From an uncultured Acidobacteriota bacterium (lineage in GTDB: Bacteria > Acidobacteriota > Thermoanaerobaculia > UBA5066), in contig CAVZYA010000001.1 in assembly GCA_963779415.1 (NCBI GenBank), positions 1,216,001 to 1,280,000 of the forward strand: a DNA stretch of 64,000 nucleotides, read 5' to 3'. How positions within the stretch are numbered: the stretch's first letter is position 1; each line of letters opens with the position of its first letter. The notes beneath the pieces are model-generated. The model searched no databases and was not told the origin of the DNA. It saw only the letters and a list, made by a program, of their open reading frames with translations. The position numbers and the translations under genes were made by a program. Of the stretch, positions 40,577 to 50,691 are shown piece by piece.

Positions 40577-40694
40577 GTGCCGCCTGCCTCCCCGGGTCGA
40601 ATGAAGGCGGATCGTGTCCGCGGAGATCGGGAGAGTCGTGGCTGCAACTGAGTCTCCTTCCATGTATGATCTCGCCAAAAAGGGGGGATGTCCT

Positions 40695-42068
40695 ATGGCG
40701 AAGCAGACCATGGAGGAGCTCCGCGGAGCGGTCCGCGGTCCGGTGATCATCCGCGGCGACTCGGATTACGACGCCGCACGCAAGGTCTACAACGGAATGA
40801 TCGACCGGCACCCGAGCGTGATCGTCCGCGCGGTGGACGCCGCCGACGTGATCGCGGCCGTCGCCTTCTCCCGCGAGAACGGCCTCGACCTTTCGGTCCG
40901 GGGCGGATCGCACAGCGTCCCCGGGTTCGGCACGAACGACGGCGGCGTCGTGATCGACCTCGGGAGGATGAAGGGGATTCGGGTAGACGCGGCGGCCCGG
41001 ACGGTGCGCGCCGACGGAGGCTGCACGTGGGGCGACGTCTTCCACGCCACCTATCCGTTCGGCATGACGACGACGGGCGGCATCATCTCGACGACGGGGA
41101 TCGGCGGCCTCACCCTCGGGGGCGGCATCGGCCATCTGTCGCGTGGCCACGGGCTCTCGATCGACAACCTGCTCTCCGCCGACGTCGTCACGGCCGACGG
41201 GCGCTTCCTCGTCGCGAGCCCGAGGGAGAACCCGGACCTCTTCTGGGCGCTCCGGGGCGGCGGCGGCAACTTCGGCGCCGTCACGTCGTTCAAGTACCGG
41301 CTGCATCCGGTGAAAGACGTCTTCGTCGGCCTCGTTTTCTTCGAGCTGTCGGCGGCCCGGCAGGTGCTGGAGTTCTACCGCCAGTACATCGCGACGGCTC
41401 CGGAGGAGATGGGCGCGTTCTTCGCATGGCAGATCGCGCCACCGCTCCCCTTCATTCCCGAGAAACGGCACGGCGAGCCCTTCTGCGCGATCGTAGCCTG
41501 CTGGGCCGGGCCGCTCGAGAAGGGAGAGCAGGCCATGCAGCCGATCCGGAAGGCCGGGCCCATCGCCGCCGAGCTGATGACGCCGATGCCCTTCCCGGCG
41601 CTGAACGGCGCCTTCGACGCCCTGGTGCCGGCCGGCCTCCAGCACTACTGGAAGACGGCCTTCGCGCCCGACATCACCGACGGGGCGATCGCGGCGCACC
41701 TCGCGCACGGGCCGAAGGTCCCCGTCGTCAACTCGACGGTCCACATCTATCCGATCAACGGGGCCTGCAACCGGGTCGCCCCCGACGCGACGGCGTTCGC
41801 CTGGCGCGACGCCCGTTTCGCGACGGTGATCGCCGGAATGTGGCCGGACCCGAAAGACAACGCGAAGAACACCCGGTGGGTGAAGGATTTCTACGCCGCC
41901 CTCGCCCCCCACTCGTCCCAGGGCGGCTACGTCAACTTCATGGCCGAAGACGACCAGGGCCGCGTGAGGGACAGCTACAAGGGAAACTACGACCGGCTCG
42001 CTTCGATCAAGAGGAAATACGATCCGGGAAACCTCTTCCACATGAACCAGAACATCAAGCCTGCCTGA
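40695..42068 (+). CDS. FAD-binding oxidoreductase (berberine-bridge/VAO family)
   Basis: VRGGSHS, GLTLGGGIG, LFWALRGGGGNFG, YVNF, KYDPGNLF. Confidence 0.93.
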   Translation: MAKQTMEELRGAVRGPVIIRGDSDYDAARKVYNGMIDRHPSVIVRAVDAADVIAAVAFSRENGLDLSVRGGSHSVPGFGTNDGGVVIDLGRMKGIRVDAAARTVRADGGCTWGDVFHATYPFGMTTTGGIISTTGIGGLTLGGGIGHLSRGHGLSIDNLLSADVVTADGRFLVASPRENPDLFWALRGGGGNFGAVTSFKYRLHPVKDVFVGLVFFELSAARQVLEFYRQYIATAPEEMGAFFAWQIAPPLPFIPEKRHGEPFCAIVACWAGPLEKGEQAMQPIRKAGPIAAELMTPMPFPALNGAFDALVPAGLQHYWKTAFAPDITDGAIAAHLAHGPKVPVVNSTVHIYPINGACNRVAPDATAFAWRDARFATVIAGMWPDPKDNAKNTRWVKDFYAALAPHSSQGGYVNFMAEDDQGRVRDSYKGNYDRLASIKRKYDPGNLFHMNQNIKPA

Positions 42069-43131
42069 GGCCGGTCGGGACGTCGAGACGCTTTTGGGTC
42101 GCTGCCGAGAAAACGTGGATCTTCTCGGGCGGCACGCGGAAGAAGACCGTCTCGGGCCAGTCGCGGGGAGCGGTCAGGGCCCGGAGCGTCTCCTCGCCGG
42201 CGCGAAGCGTCAGGAGAATGCGGTCGCCCGAAAGCTCGCTCATCGTGACTCTCGCCGACAGGCGTCCTGCCGACCGCTCGGCCGCCACGTCGACGTCCTC
42301 GGGACGGATGCCGACGTAGAGCGCGTCCTCGGCCGGCCCTTCCGGAAGAGGGAGGCTCAGGCCGCGGCCGGCAAAGGCTCCGTTCTCGCGCCCCCCCCGG
42401 AGGACCGACATGCGCGGGCTTCCGATGAACGTCGCGGTGAAGAGGTTCCCGGGACGAAGGTAGAGCTCGAGCGGCGAGCCCGTCTGCAGAGCCCGCCCGC
42501 CTCTGAGGACGAGGATCTCGTCCGAAAGGGAGAGGGCCTCTCCCTGGTCGTGCGTCACATAGAGGACGGTGGCGTTGAGCCGCCCGAAGAGCTCCTTGAG
42601 CTCGCCCCGCATCCCTTCGCGCAGGAGAGCGTCGAGGTTCGAGAGTGGCTCGTCCATGAGGTAGAGGCGCGGCCGCTTCACAAGCGCCCGGCCGAGAGCG
42701 ACGCGCTGCTGCTCTCCGCCGGAGAGCTGGCGGGGCCGCCGGTCGAGGAGCTCCGTGAGGCCGAGCAATCTCGCCGCTTCGCCGACGCGTGCTTCGATCT
42801 CCTTGCGGGAGAGCCCCCTCGCCTCCAGGGCCAGCGAGAGATTCCGCGCGACTGGAAGGTGCGGGTAGAGCGCGTAGTTCTGGAAAACGAAGCCGACGTC
42901 CCGCCGACCCGGAGGCACGCCGTCGAGGGGCTCTCCGTCCAGCGTGAGGGAACCCGACGTGGCCTGCTCGAGCCCTGCCACGATCCGGAGTAGCGTCGAC
43001 TTCCCGCATCCTGACGGGCCGAGGAGCGTCAGAACCCGCCCCGCGCCCACGGAGAACGACACGCCGTCCAGGGCCCGAGTCCCACCCGGATAGACTTTCG
43101 AGATCCCCTCGCCGCGCAGCTCACCGGACAT
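42055..43131 (-). CDS. Sugar ABC transporter ATP-binding protein (MalK-like)
   Basis: GPSGCGKST, FQNYALYPH, LSGGEQQR, DEPLSNLD, YVTHDQ. Confidence 0.95.
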   Translation of the reverse strand: MSGELRGEGISKVYPGGTRALDGVSFSVGAGRVLTLLGPSGCGKSTLLRIVAGLEQATSGSLTLDGEPLDGVPPGRRDVGFVFQNYALYPHLPVARNLSLALEARGLSRKEIEARVGEAARLLGLTELLDRRPRQLSGGEQQRVALGRALVKRPRLYLMDEPLSNLDALLREGMRGELKELFGRLNATVLYVTHDQGEALSLSDEILVLRGGRALQTGSPLELYLRPGNLFTATFIGSPRMSVLRGGRENGAFAGRGLSLPLPEGPAEDALYVGIRPEDVDVAAERSAGRLSARVTMSELSGDRILLTLRAGEETLRALTAPRDWPETVFFRVPPEKIHVFSAATQKRLDVPTGLRQA

Positions 43132-43134
43132 CCT

Positions 43135-43962
43135 TCACCCCTTGACCGCACCGCGGGTCAGGCCGCTCGTGATTCTCCGCTCGAAGAGGAACACCAGAAT
43201 GGCGAGCGGCAGCGTGGCGATGACGATGGCTGCCGACAGCTGGCCCCACGGGATCTCGAACATGGACGAACCGCTGACGCTGGCGATCCCCGCGGTGACC
43301 GTTTTCCGGTCATCCCGCGTCATGAACGTCAGCGCCAGCATGAACTCGTTCCAGGAGAAGATGAAGACGAGAATCGCCGCCGTCACGAGTGACGGCGCGG
43401 CCAGGGGCAACTGGATCTTCAGGATGCGGCTCAACGGTCCGAGACCGTCAAGCACCGCCGCCTCGTCGACCGCGTCGGGGATCTGGCCGAAGCCCCTCTC
43501 CAGGATCCAGACCGACAGGGGAAGCGAAAGGGCGGCGTAGGGAAGGATCAGCGCCAGCGGCTGATTGAGTCCCCCCAGCGCTCGCACGCCGAGGTAGAGG
43601 GGGAAAAGAAGAAGGATCGGCGGGAAGACCGTCAGGACGAGAAGACCGCCCAGAATCTTCCGGCGGTGGCGCCCGGACAGGCGTCTGAGCCCGCTCGCTG
43701 CGGGCGCTGCGAGGAGGATCGAGAGGACGGTCGCCGCGCCCGAAATCGCCGCGCTGTTCGCGAGATATACGCCGAACGGCTTCCTCTCCCAGAGCGCGGC
43801 CACGTGCTTCCACGTCACCGGGCGGGGAAGATAGACCGTCGGCACCCGCGTGATCTCCCGATCCGGCTTCAACGCGGTGGCGACCTGCCAGGCCCCGGGC
43901 GCGAGGCTCCAGACCACGATGGCCGCGACCCCGGCCCAGAGCCCGACGCGCCTTCCCGTCAT
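43135..43962 (-). CDS. Carbohydrate ABC permease (MalG-like)
   Basis: DEAAVLDG EAA loop, FIFSWNEF, GLTRGAVKG. Confidence 0.93.
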   Translation of the reverse strand: MTGRRVGLWAGVAAIVVWSLAPGAWQVATALKPDREITRVPTVYLPRPVTWKHVAALWERKPFGVYLANSAAISGAATVLSILLAAPAASGLRRLSGRHRRKILGGLLVLTVFPPILLLFPLYLGVRALGGLNQPLALILPYAALSLPLSVWILERGFGQIPDAVDEAAVLDGLGPLSRILKIQLPLAAPSLVTAAILVFIFSWNEFMLALTFMTRDDRKTVTAGIASVSGSSMFEIPWGQLSAAIVIATLPLAILVFLFERRITSGLTRGAVKG

Positions 43963-44837
43963 GAGGCGACTCCACGCCGGCGCCCGAGCATCGTGACGAA
44001 AGCGACCGCCGCCGCGAGGAGCGTCGCGTGGGTCGCGATTGCCGCGCCATAGCCGAAATCGAGATACCGGAAGAAGTTCCGGAAGGCATAGAGCGAGACC
44101 GTCTCGGTCGAGCCACCCGGACCGCCGCCCGTCATGACGTAGACGATGTCGAAGGCTCCCCATGCCTGCGCGGCCCGGAAGAGCGCCGCGACCAGAATCG
44201 ACGGGGCGAGCAGGGGCAGGACGACGTGACGGAAGCGCTGCCAGGCCGAGAGACCGTCCACCCGCGCCGCCTCGATGATCTCCTCGGGGATTCCCTGAAG
44301 GCCCGCGAGAACGATGAGGGCGACGAACGGGACCGTCTTCCAGACATCCGAGAGGACGATCGCCGCCATCGCGGTCGCGGGCCCGCTCAGCCACGCGACC
44401 GGCGCCTTCGCGAGGCCGGTGCGAAGAAGGAGGTCGTTCGCCACGCCGAAGGTGTCGTTGAAGATCCACGAGAACGCGAGGGCCATGACGGCGGTCGGGA
44501 GGGCCCACGGCAGAAGGACGGCGGACCGGACCAGGCCCCGGCCCCGAAACGGCCGGTCGAGGACGAGCGCAAATCCGACGCCGAGCAGCGTCTCGAGGAA
44601 GACCGACGAAACGGTGAAGACCACAGTGTTCCCGAGCGCGCCGAGGAAGCGGCTGTCCTGCCAGAGGCGGACCGAGGGCGAGAGTCCCGCCCATTGCAGC
44701 GTCACGCCTCCTGTCGGTCCAGCGCGGGTGAAGGAGAGGAGAACGACGCCGAGGATCGGCATCCCGACGACAACGGCCACGAGAAGGAGCGCGGGGAGGA
44801 GGAGAAGGCGGTCTCGCCGCCGGACGGGTTCCGTCAT
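43959..44837 (-). CDS. Carbohydrate ABC permease (MalF-like)
   Basis: DVWKTVPF..L..LAGLQ, EAARVDG, MTGGGPG. Confidence 0.93.
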   Translation of the reverse strand: MTEPVRRRDRLLLLPALLLVAVVVGMPILGVVLLSFTRAGPTGGVTLQWAGLSPSVRLWQDSRFLGALGNTVVFTVSSVFLETLLGVGFALVLDRPFRGRGLVRSAVLLPWALPTAVMALAFSWIFNDTFGVANDLLLRTGLAKAPVAWLSGPATAMAAIVLSDVWKTVPFVALIVLAGLQGIPEEIIEAARVDGLSAWQRFRHVVLPLLAPSILVAALFRAAQAWGAFDIVYVMTGGGPGGSTETVSLYAFRNFFRYLDFGYGAAIATHATLLAAAVAFVTMLGRRRGVAS

Positions 44838-46117
44838 CGACGTGCCGAGAGCATAAGACGCGTTTCGCGGGCCGCGTCGGCGAGGGCGCGGTCTGCGGGC
44901 ACGAGCCCCGCGAGGCACGCGCTGACGTGGCGCTGCAGGATGTCGGACGCGAGCGCGTAGCCTGGAATCGAAGGACGCGAAACGGCGTCCTCATGGAGCC
45001 GGAGGAGCTCCGGCAGAAGCGGATCGGCAGCGAGGAGCTGCGCATCGCGGTAGGCCTCGACGCGGGCCGGCGCATAGCCCGACGAGAGGCAGAGGGCGCG
45101 CTGCGCCGGAAGCGCGATGACCCGGCGGATGAAATCCGCCGCCAGGTCCGGGTGCCGGCTGAACCGCGAGATACCGAATCCCCAGCCGCCGAGGACCCCC
45201 CCGCCCGCGAACCCGTCCGCGTGGGGGATCGCCGCTACGCCGACCTTTCCCGCGACGCTGGAGTCCGGGCCTTCGGCGAGGCGAAACACATAGGGCCAGT
45301 TCCTGAGAAAGACCGCGCGTCCGTCCTGGAAGAGGCGGCGGCTCTCGTCCTCCTTGAGGCTCGTAACACCGGGAGGGCTGATCGGATCGTCGAGCCGGCA
45401 GCCCCGCAGGAACTCCAGCGCCGCCACCGCCTCGGGACGGTCGAGGCCGACCTCGAGCGTCTCCGGATCGACCCAGGTGCCTCCGAAGCCGTGCAGGACC
45501 TCGAGAAAGACGCAGACGAGCCCTTCGTACTGGCTCCCCTGCCAGACGAATCCCCATCGACCGGGCGGAGCCTCGAGAGCCCGCGCGACTTCGCGGAGGT
45601 CGTCGAAGGTCTTCGGCGGCGCCCGCCCCGCCTTTTCGAGCAGATCGCGCCGATAGTAGAGAAGCCCGACGTCGGTCCTCACCGGGATCCGGTAGAGGCG
45701 GTCCCGGTAGCGTCCGGCCTCGACAGCCCGCGGAAGGAGCGCGTCCAGCTCCGACGCCCCGAAGAGACCGTCGAGCGGGAGAAGCCACCCGGCCGAAGCG
45801 AACTTCGACGTCCACGTGACGTCCATGTAGACGAGATCCAGAGAGTCGTCTTCCGCGAGGAGCGCCCCGGTGTAGAGGCTCTCCCGCAAGTCAGTGGCGT
45901 TGGGTCCCTCGACCAGGTCGACGCGAACCCCGCGCGACGCCTGGAATCCTTTCACGATCGGGAGCCAGAGGTCGCGCTCGCTCGCGAGGACGATGAACGC
46001 GAGGTGGGACGGGGTCGGGGCGCTTCGGCCGCCGGCGCCACCGCACCCGAGCTCCACGGCGCCGACGAGAGGCACACACACGAGGAAGAGCCGGGCCAGA
46101 CCCGCCGAGAGGATCAC
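44834..46117 (-). CDS. Sugar ABC substrate-binding lipoprotein (trehalose/maltose-like)
   Basis: Lipobox-like ELGC, DVTWTSKFA, WQGSQYEGLVC, FLRNWPY, LGGW. Confidence 0.9.
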   Translation of the reverse strand: MILSAGLARLFLVCVPLVGAVELGCGGAGGRSAPTPSHLAFIVLASERDLWLPIVKGFQASRGVRVDLVEGPNATDLRESLYTGALLAEDDSLDLVYMDVTWTSKFASAGWLLPLDGLFGASELDALLPRAVEAGRYRDRLYRIPVRTDVGLLYYRRDLLEKAGRAPPKTFDDLREVARALEAPPGRWGFVWQGSQYEGLVCVFLEVLHGFGGTWVDPETLEVGLDRPEAVAALEFLRGCRLDDPISPPGVTSLKEDESRRLFQDGRAVFLRNWPYVFRLAEGPDSSVAGKVGVAAIPHADGFAGGGVLGGWGFGISRFSRHPDLAADFIRRVIALPAQRALCLSSGYAPARVEAYRDAQLLAADPLLPELLRLHEDAVSRPSIPGYALASDILQRHVSACLAGLVPADRALADAARETRLMLSARR

Positions 46118-46181
46118 TTCCTCTACCTTACAGTCCGGCGTCCCGACGTGTCACGATGATCCGCCGTGCGAGAATCCGCGC

Positions 46182-48251
46182 GTGCTTCCAGGACTGAAAC
46201 CGGAACTGGAGGAGGCGCTCGGCGCGGCCTGCCGGAAGCTCTTCGACACCGACCGGCCGCGCATCGTCCTCGAGACCCCGCCGAAGGTGGAGCTCGGGGA
46301 CGTCGCCTGTCCCATCGCTTTCGAGCTGGCCAAGCGGCTGAAGCGCGCGCCGCGAAAGATCGCGGAAGAGCTGGCTCCCGCGCTGGAGCTTCCGGCCATA
46401 GTCGAAAAGGTCAAGGTCGAAGGCGGGGGCTACCTCAACTTCTTCCTGAAACGGGCCCAGACGCTCTCCCGGATGCTGGCCTCCGCGCCCCACCCCGAAC
46501 CGTCGGGCCCGAAGATCATCGTCGAACATACGAACATCAACCCGAACAAGGCGGCGCACATCGGGCATCTCCGGAACGCCGTTCTCGGCGACACGCTTGT
46601 CCGGAACTTCCGGCGTCTCGGGCGGCGGGTCGAGGTGCAGAACTACCTCGACGACACGGGCGTCCAGGTGGCGGACGTCGTCGTCGGGCTGACACACCCC
46701 GGGGAGATGCTCGAGCCCTCCCGCGCGAAGGAGCTGGCCGCCCGGATCGGCGAGATCCTCGCCGCCTTCCCGGACGACGCTCCCGGCATCGCGCCGCGGG
46801 AGCTGGGGGACCTCGCGTGGGATCTCTACGCGCTCGTGGGAAGGAGTTATGCGGCCGATCCTTCGCTGGACGAAAAGCGGCGGGAGACGCTGCACGCCGT
46901 CGAGAGGGCCGCTCTCGGCGAGCCTCTTTCCGACGAGGAAGGGCGGGTCGCCAGCCTCGCCGCGCGCCTCGCCGAGGCCGTCGTCCGGTGTCATCTGCTG
47001 ACCATGGGGCGGATCGGGGTCGCGTACGACCTTCTCCCGCGCGAGAGCGACATCCTCGGCCGCCGGTTCTGGGCGACGGCGTTCGAGCTTCTGAAGAAGG
47101 TCGGCGCGGCCCAGGTGGAGACCGAAGGGAAGAACGCGGGCTGCTGGGTGATGCACCTCGAAGGGGCGGCGGATTTCGAGGGGATGGAGGACGCCGACAA
47201 GGTTCTCGTCCGTTCGAACGGCACCGTGACCTACACGGGAAAGGACGTCGCCTACCAGCTCTGGAAGCTCGGCCTTCTTCCGGTGGACTTCGAGTACGAG
47301 CCGGTGCCGTACCGCGATCCGTTCGGCGAGCCCGAGTTCCACGCCTCCGACGGCTCCTCGACGCTCTACCGGACCCGTCACGACGCCGAGGGGGCGGACC
47401 CTTCCGCGCAAGGCCGGTACGGTCACGGCGAGACGGTCATCAACGTCATCGACGTGAGGCAGTCGTACCTCCAGAAGGTCGTGAAGGAGGCCGTCCGGCG
47501 CGCCGGATTCCCCGAGGCGGCCGACCGCTCGATCCACTTCGCCTACGAGATGGTCGCGCTGACCCCGGGCTCGGCCGAGGCGATGGGGGTCCCGCTCTCG
47601 GACGAGGACCGCGTCCGCTCCTTCGTCGAGATGTCGGGCCGGAAGGGGCTCGGCGTGAAGGCCGACGACCTCCTCGACCGGCTCGCGGAAAAGGCGCGCG
47701 ACCAGATCCTCGCCCGGAGCCCCGGTGAGGCCCCGGACCTCGGCCGGATCGAGGCGATCGGCGTCGGAGCCCTGCGCGTCTACATGACCCGCTTCTCCCG
47801 GAACAAGGTCATCGCCTTCGACTTCGACGAGGCGCTTGCGTTCGAGGGAGACACCGGGCCGTACCTCCAATACGCCGCCGTCCGCGCCGCGAACATCTTC
47901 CGGAAGCTGGAAGAGCAGGGGCTCCCCGGAAGGCTCGAAGGCGGCGAGATCGCGGCCGTCTCCGCGCTCGCCCCCGGGCACCTCGACGACGGCCTCTGGG
48001 ACGTCGTCCGGACCTGCGGACGGACGCTGGAGACTCTCGAGAAGGTCGCCGAGACGCTGGAGGTCTCCCTTCTCGTCCGGCACGCCCTCGCGGTCGCGGC
48101 GTCCTTCCATCACCTCTATCACACGCACCCGATCCTCCAGGCGCCCGACGCCGAGAGCCGGCGGGCGCGGCGGGCCGCCCTACAGCTCGTCGGGGAGACG
48201 CTCGCCGACGTCCTGGACGTGCTCGGAGTCCCGATCCCGGAGCGGATGTAG
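46182..48251 (+). CDS. argS: Arginine--tRNA ligase
   Basis: EHTNINPNKAAHIGHLRN (HIGH), MSGRKG, GDTGPYLQY, IPERM end. Confidence 0.95.
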   Translation: MLPGLKPELEEALGAACRKLFDTDRPRIVLETPPKVELGDVACPIAFELAKRLKRAPRKIAEELAPALELPAIVEKVKVEGGGYLNFFLKRAQTLSRMLASAPHPEPSGPKIIVEHTNINPNKAAHIGHLRNAVLGDTLVRNFRRLGRRVEVQNYLDDTGVQVADVVVGLTHPGEMLEPSRAKELAARIGEILAAFPDDAPGIAPRELGDLAWDLYALVGRSYAADPSLDEKRRETLHAVERAALGEPLSDEEGRVASLAARLAEAVVRCHLLTMGRIGVAYDLLPRESDILGRRFWATAFELLKKVGAAQVETEGKNAGCWVMHLEGAADFEGMEDADKVLVRSNGTVTYTGKDVAYQLWKLGLLPVDFEYEPVPYRDPFGEPEFHASDGSSTLYRTRHDAEGADPSAQGRYGHGETVINVIDVRQSYLQKVVKEAVRRAGFPEAADRSIHFAYEMVALTPGSAEAMGVPLSDEDRVRSFVEMSGRKGLGVKADDLLDRLAEKARDQILARSPGEAPDLGRIEAIGVGALRVYMTRFSRNKVIAFDFDEALAFEGDTGPYLQYAAVRAANIFRKLEEQGLPGRLEGGEIAAVSALAPGHLDDGLWDVVRTCGRTLETLEKVAETLEVSLLVRHALAVAASFHHLYHTHPILQAPDAESRRARRAALQLVGETLADVLDVLGVPIPERM

Positions 48252-48263
48252 GGACTGCCGTCG

Positions 48264-48776
48264 ATGGTCCCCGTCTCCACGGTCACCTATCGCAGCGCCG
48301 GCCCGGAGGGCGTTCCCGAGGCCTTCCGGCTCGTCGAGAAGGTCTTCCACGAGGAGTACGACGTCTCCGTCGGCCCGCTCCTCGCGCAGGACACCGAGAC
48401 GGCGCGCTGGCAGTTCGAGGAATCCCGGGATCTCCTCCTCCTCGCCGAGAGCGGCGGGAGGAGCGTCGGCTCGATTCTCGTCCTCCATGACGCCCCCGCG
48501 CCAGCTCCGACGGTCGTCTTCAGCTGGATCGTCGTCGATGGGGCGTTCCGCGGACAGGGAATCGGCCGGGACCTCTTCGGGCGTGCGCTCGCGACCTCCC
48601 GGGAGAGAGGCATCGTCCGGATCCGGGCCCGCTCCCCCGTCTTCAGTCCGGCCGCGCCACATCTCTACTGGATGCACGGCCTTCGTGTCGTGGAGCTGGT
48701 GCCTGTCGTTCTCGGCGGACGGACGCGGGAGACGCTCCTCTTCGAAAAGCTCCTCACCTCGCCCACGGAGGGCTGA
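48264..48776 (+). CDS. GNAT-family N-acetyltransferase
   Basis: VVDGAFRGQGIGRDL acetyl-CoA motif A; HLY..HG. Confidence 0.8.
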   Translation: MVPVSTVTYRSAGPEGVPEAFRLVEKVFHEEYDVSVGPLLAQDTETARWQFEESRDLLLLAESGGRSVGSILVLHDAPAPAPTVVFSWIVVDGAFRGQGIGRDLFGRALATSRERGIVRIRARSPVFSPAAPHLYWMHGLRVVELVPVVLGGRTRETLLFEKLLTSPTEG

Positions 48777-48784
48777 AGAGCGAG

Positions 48785-48808
48785 AAGCCCCGGACTTGCC
48801 GGGGCTTT
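48785..48808. terminator. Intrinsic terminator-like hairpin between convergent GNAT and atpE
   Basis: AAGCCCCGG-ACTTG-CCGGGGCTTT. Confidence 0.6.
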
Positions 48809-48826
48809 CATCCGGGGATTCCAATG

Positions 48827-48859
48827 CCGGGGGGCCTTCTGGCCCCCCGGACCCCCCCG
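48827..48859 (-). repeat. REP-like G-rich palindromic element, copy 2 (directly after atpE stop)
   Basis: Minus strand CGGGGGGGTCCGGGGGGCC-AGAA-GGCCCCCCGG; similar to 19661-19697. Confidence 0.5.
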
Positions 48860-49183
48860 TCACTTCCCTTGGACGACGAACGCGATGACGAGCGCGTAGA
48901 TGACGAGCGACTCGATCAGCACGAGCGCGAGGAAGGCCATTCCGCGGATCTGGCCCGTCGCGCCGGGATTCCGGGCAATTCCGTCGCAGGCGGCGGCAGC
49001 GGCCCGACCCTGGGCGAGGGCACCGAACGCGGCCGCGAGGCCGATCGCGAAGGCGGCCGAAACGTGGCCCCAGCTGACGCCGCCGGCAGCCGCCGCCTTG
49101 GCGGCCTCCTCGGCGAGCGCCGCGCCGGGAACGAGGAGAACGATGGCCGCGAGCGCTGCCAGGGTTCCGAGCTTCTTGGTCAT
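48860..49183 (-). CDS. atpE: ATP synthase F0 subunit c
   Basis: ARNP loop, IESLVIY; N-terminal signal-like extension. Confidence 0.95.
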   Translation of the reverse strand: MTKKLGTLAALAAIVLLVPGAALAEEAAKAAAAGGVSWGHVSAAFAIGLAAAFGALAQGRAAAAACDGIARNPGATGQIRGMAFLALVLIESLVIYALVIAFVVQGK

Positions 49184-49214
49184 TTCACAGGCTCCTTTCG
49201 ACGAGAACGTGATG

Positions 49215-50009
49215 TCAATGAGACTCGTGGGCGGTGGCGCCCCCGATGTAGACCGAGCAGAGAAGGGCGAAGACGTAGGCCTGGAGGAGAGCGGCGAGAA
49301 GGCCGAGCGCCTGGATCGGCCAGGGAACGAGGATCGGGACGAAGCCCGAGAAGATGTCCTTGGCCATGTGCTCGCCGAAGATGTTCCCGAAGAGACGCAT
49401 CGCCAGCGAGAGGGCGCGGGCGAAGTTCCCGATCATCTCGATCACGAAGAGGAGCGGTGCGATCGCGAGCATCGGTCCGAGGAAGTTCTTCAGGTAGCCG
49501 AGGAAGCCGTGCTCCTTGAAGCCGGCCGCGTTGAAGAAGATGAAGCAGGAGATCGAGAGCGCGAAGGTCGTGTTGAGGTTCGCCGTCGGCGGCTGGAGGA
49601 AGAAGAACCAGCCGAAAGCGTTCGCGATGAGGATGAAGAAGAAGAAGCCCCCGACGATCGGAAGGTACTTCTCGCCGTGATGCGGGATGTTCTCCTTCAC
49701 GACCCCCCGGAGGAAGTCGACGAAGACCTCGACGACGTTCTGGGCCGGCCCCGGCGCCTCTTTCCGGTAGGCACGGGCGAGAAGCGGGAAGAAGATCGCG
49801 CAGAGGACGAAGACGAGGAAGGCCATGCAGACGTGGTCGGGAAGCCATGCGACGACGTTCCCTTCCTCGTGGACGGCACCCCCCGCGATGTGAAAGCCGC
49901 CGATCGTCACCCCGTCTCGCCAGAAGGCCGGAGCGCCCGAGGCCGGTCCGAAGAGAATCTCGAAAAGCCGGTTCAGGGGCGCGTAGAGGATCGAATGTGC
50001 GTGCTCCAT
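49215..50009 (-). CDS. atpB: ATP synthase F0 subunit a
   Basis: QPPTANLN, LSLAMRLFGNIFGEH, LQAYVF. Confidence 0.95.
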   Translation of the reverse strand: MEHAHSILYAPLNRLFEILFGPASGAPAFWRDGVTIGGFHIAGGAVHEEGNVVAWLPDHVCMAFLVFVLCAIFFPLLARAYRKEAPGPAQNVVEVFVDFLRGVVKENIPHHGEKYLPIVGGFFFFILIANAFGWFFFLQPPTANLNTTFALSISCFIFFNAAGFKEHGFLGYLKNFLGPMLAIAPLLFVIEMIGNFARALSLAMRLFGNIFGEHMAKDIFSGFVPILVPWPIQALGLLAALLQAYVFALLCSVYIGGATAHESH

Positions 50010-50428
50010 CAGTCCTTCCGTCCCTCCTCGTCAGCTCCCGGCTTCGGGTCCCGCTCCGTCGCCACCTGCCACGCGGCCCCGATCAGGACGACCGACGTGC
50101 CGGCGAGAAGCCACGGGACCTCTCCCGGAAAAGTCTCCACCGCCCACCAGATGGCGATTGCGGCCAGGCCGTAGCGGAGGAGTCCCGTCGTCGCGAATTT
50201 CCACGTGATCCCGGAGGCGGGCGAGACACCGCGCGCCCCGAAGCGGCGCACGAGATCCGCCAACCAGAGCGCGCCGACGATAGCCACAGCAGCCCCCAGA
50301 GTCAAGGCGGCGGCGGCCCGAAAACGTCCCGCGGCGCCGAGAAGGGAGGCAGCCAGAATCGCGGCGAGGGCGGCCGCCCTGAAGAAGGCCGTTCGGGGCG
50401 CCGGAGAGATTCCGGAAACGTCGCTCAT
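50009..50428 (-). CDS. atpI: ATP synthase subunit I-like membrane protein
   Basis: Four hydrophobic segments, LLRYGL; located between atpZ and atpB. Confidence 0.7.
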   Translation of the reverse strand: MSDVSGISPAPRTAFFRAAALAAILAASLLGAAGRFRAAAALTLGAAVAIVGALWLADLVRRFGARGVSPASGITWKFATTGLLRYGLAAIAIWWAVETFPGEVPWLLAGTSVVLIGAAWQVATERDPKPGADEEGRKD

Positions 50429-50679
50429 CCCCCATCGTCTCCGCCCGGGGGCCCCGGAGGTCCCCCGTCGCCCCGGGAGACGATCTGGACCTCCCGCCAG
50501 AGCTGCCAGACCCCGGCGAAAAAGCCGAGGAAGCCGACGACGAACGTCAGGATCGGGAAGAAGCCGAAGAGCCGGTCGAGGAGCCAGCCGAGGCCCGCCC
50601 CGGCCGCGATCGAGGCGGGGAGGACCCAGCCGAAGCTCAGGACGTCGGCGAGGACGCGGGCGTACGAGCGGTCCGCCAA
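50425..50679 (-). CDS. atpZ: AtpZ/AtpI-family small membrane protein
   Basis: GLGWLLDRLFG..P...VG..LGF.AG. Confidence 0.8.
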   Translation of the reverse strand: MADRSYARVLADVLSFGWVLPASIAAGAGLGWLLDRLFGFFPILTFVVGFLGFFAGVWQLWREVQIVSRGDGGPPGPPGGDDGG

Positions 50680-50691
50680 GGTGGAAAGACG

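Noticed and set aside
36617-46117. Possible genomic islet between gpmI and argS
   Set aside because: No integrase, transposase, tRNA or flanking direct repeats seen; composition mostly like the rest of the window
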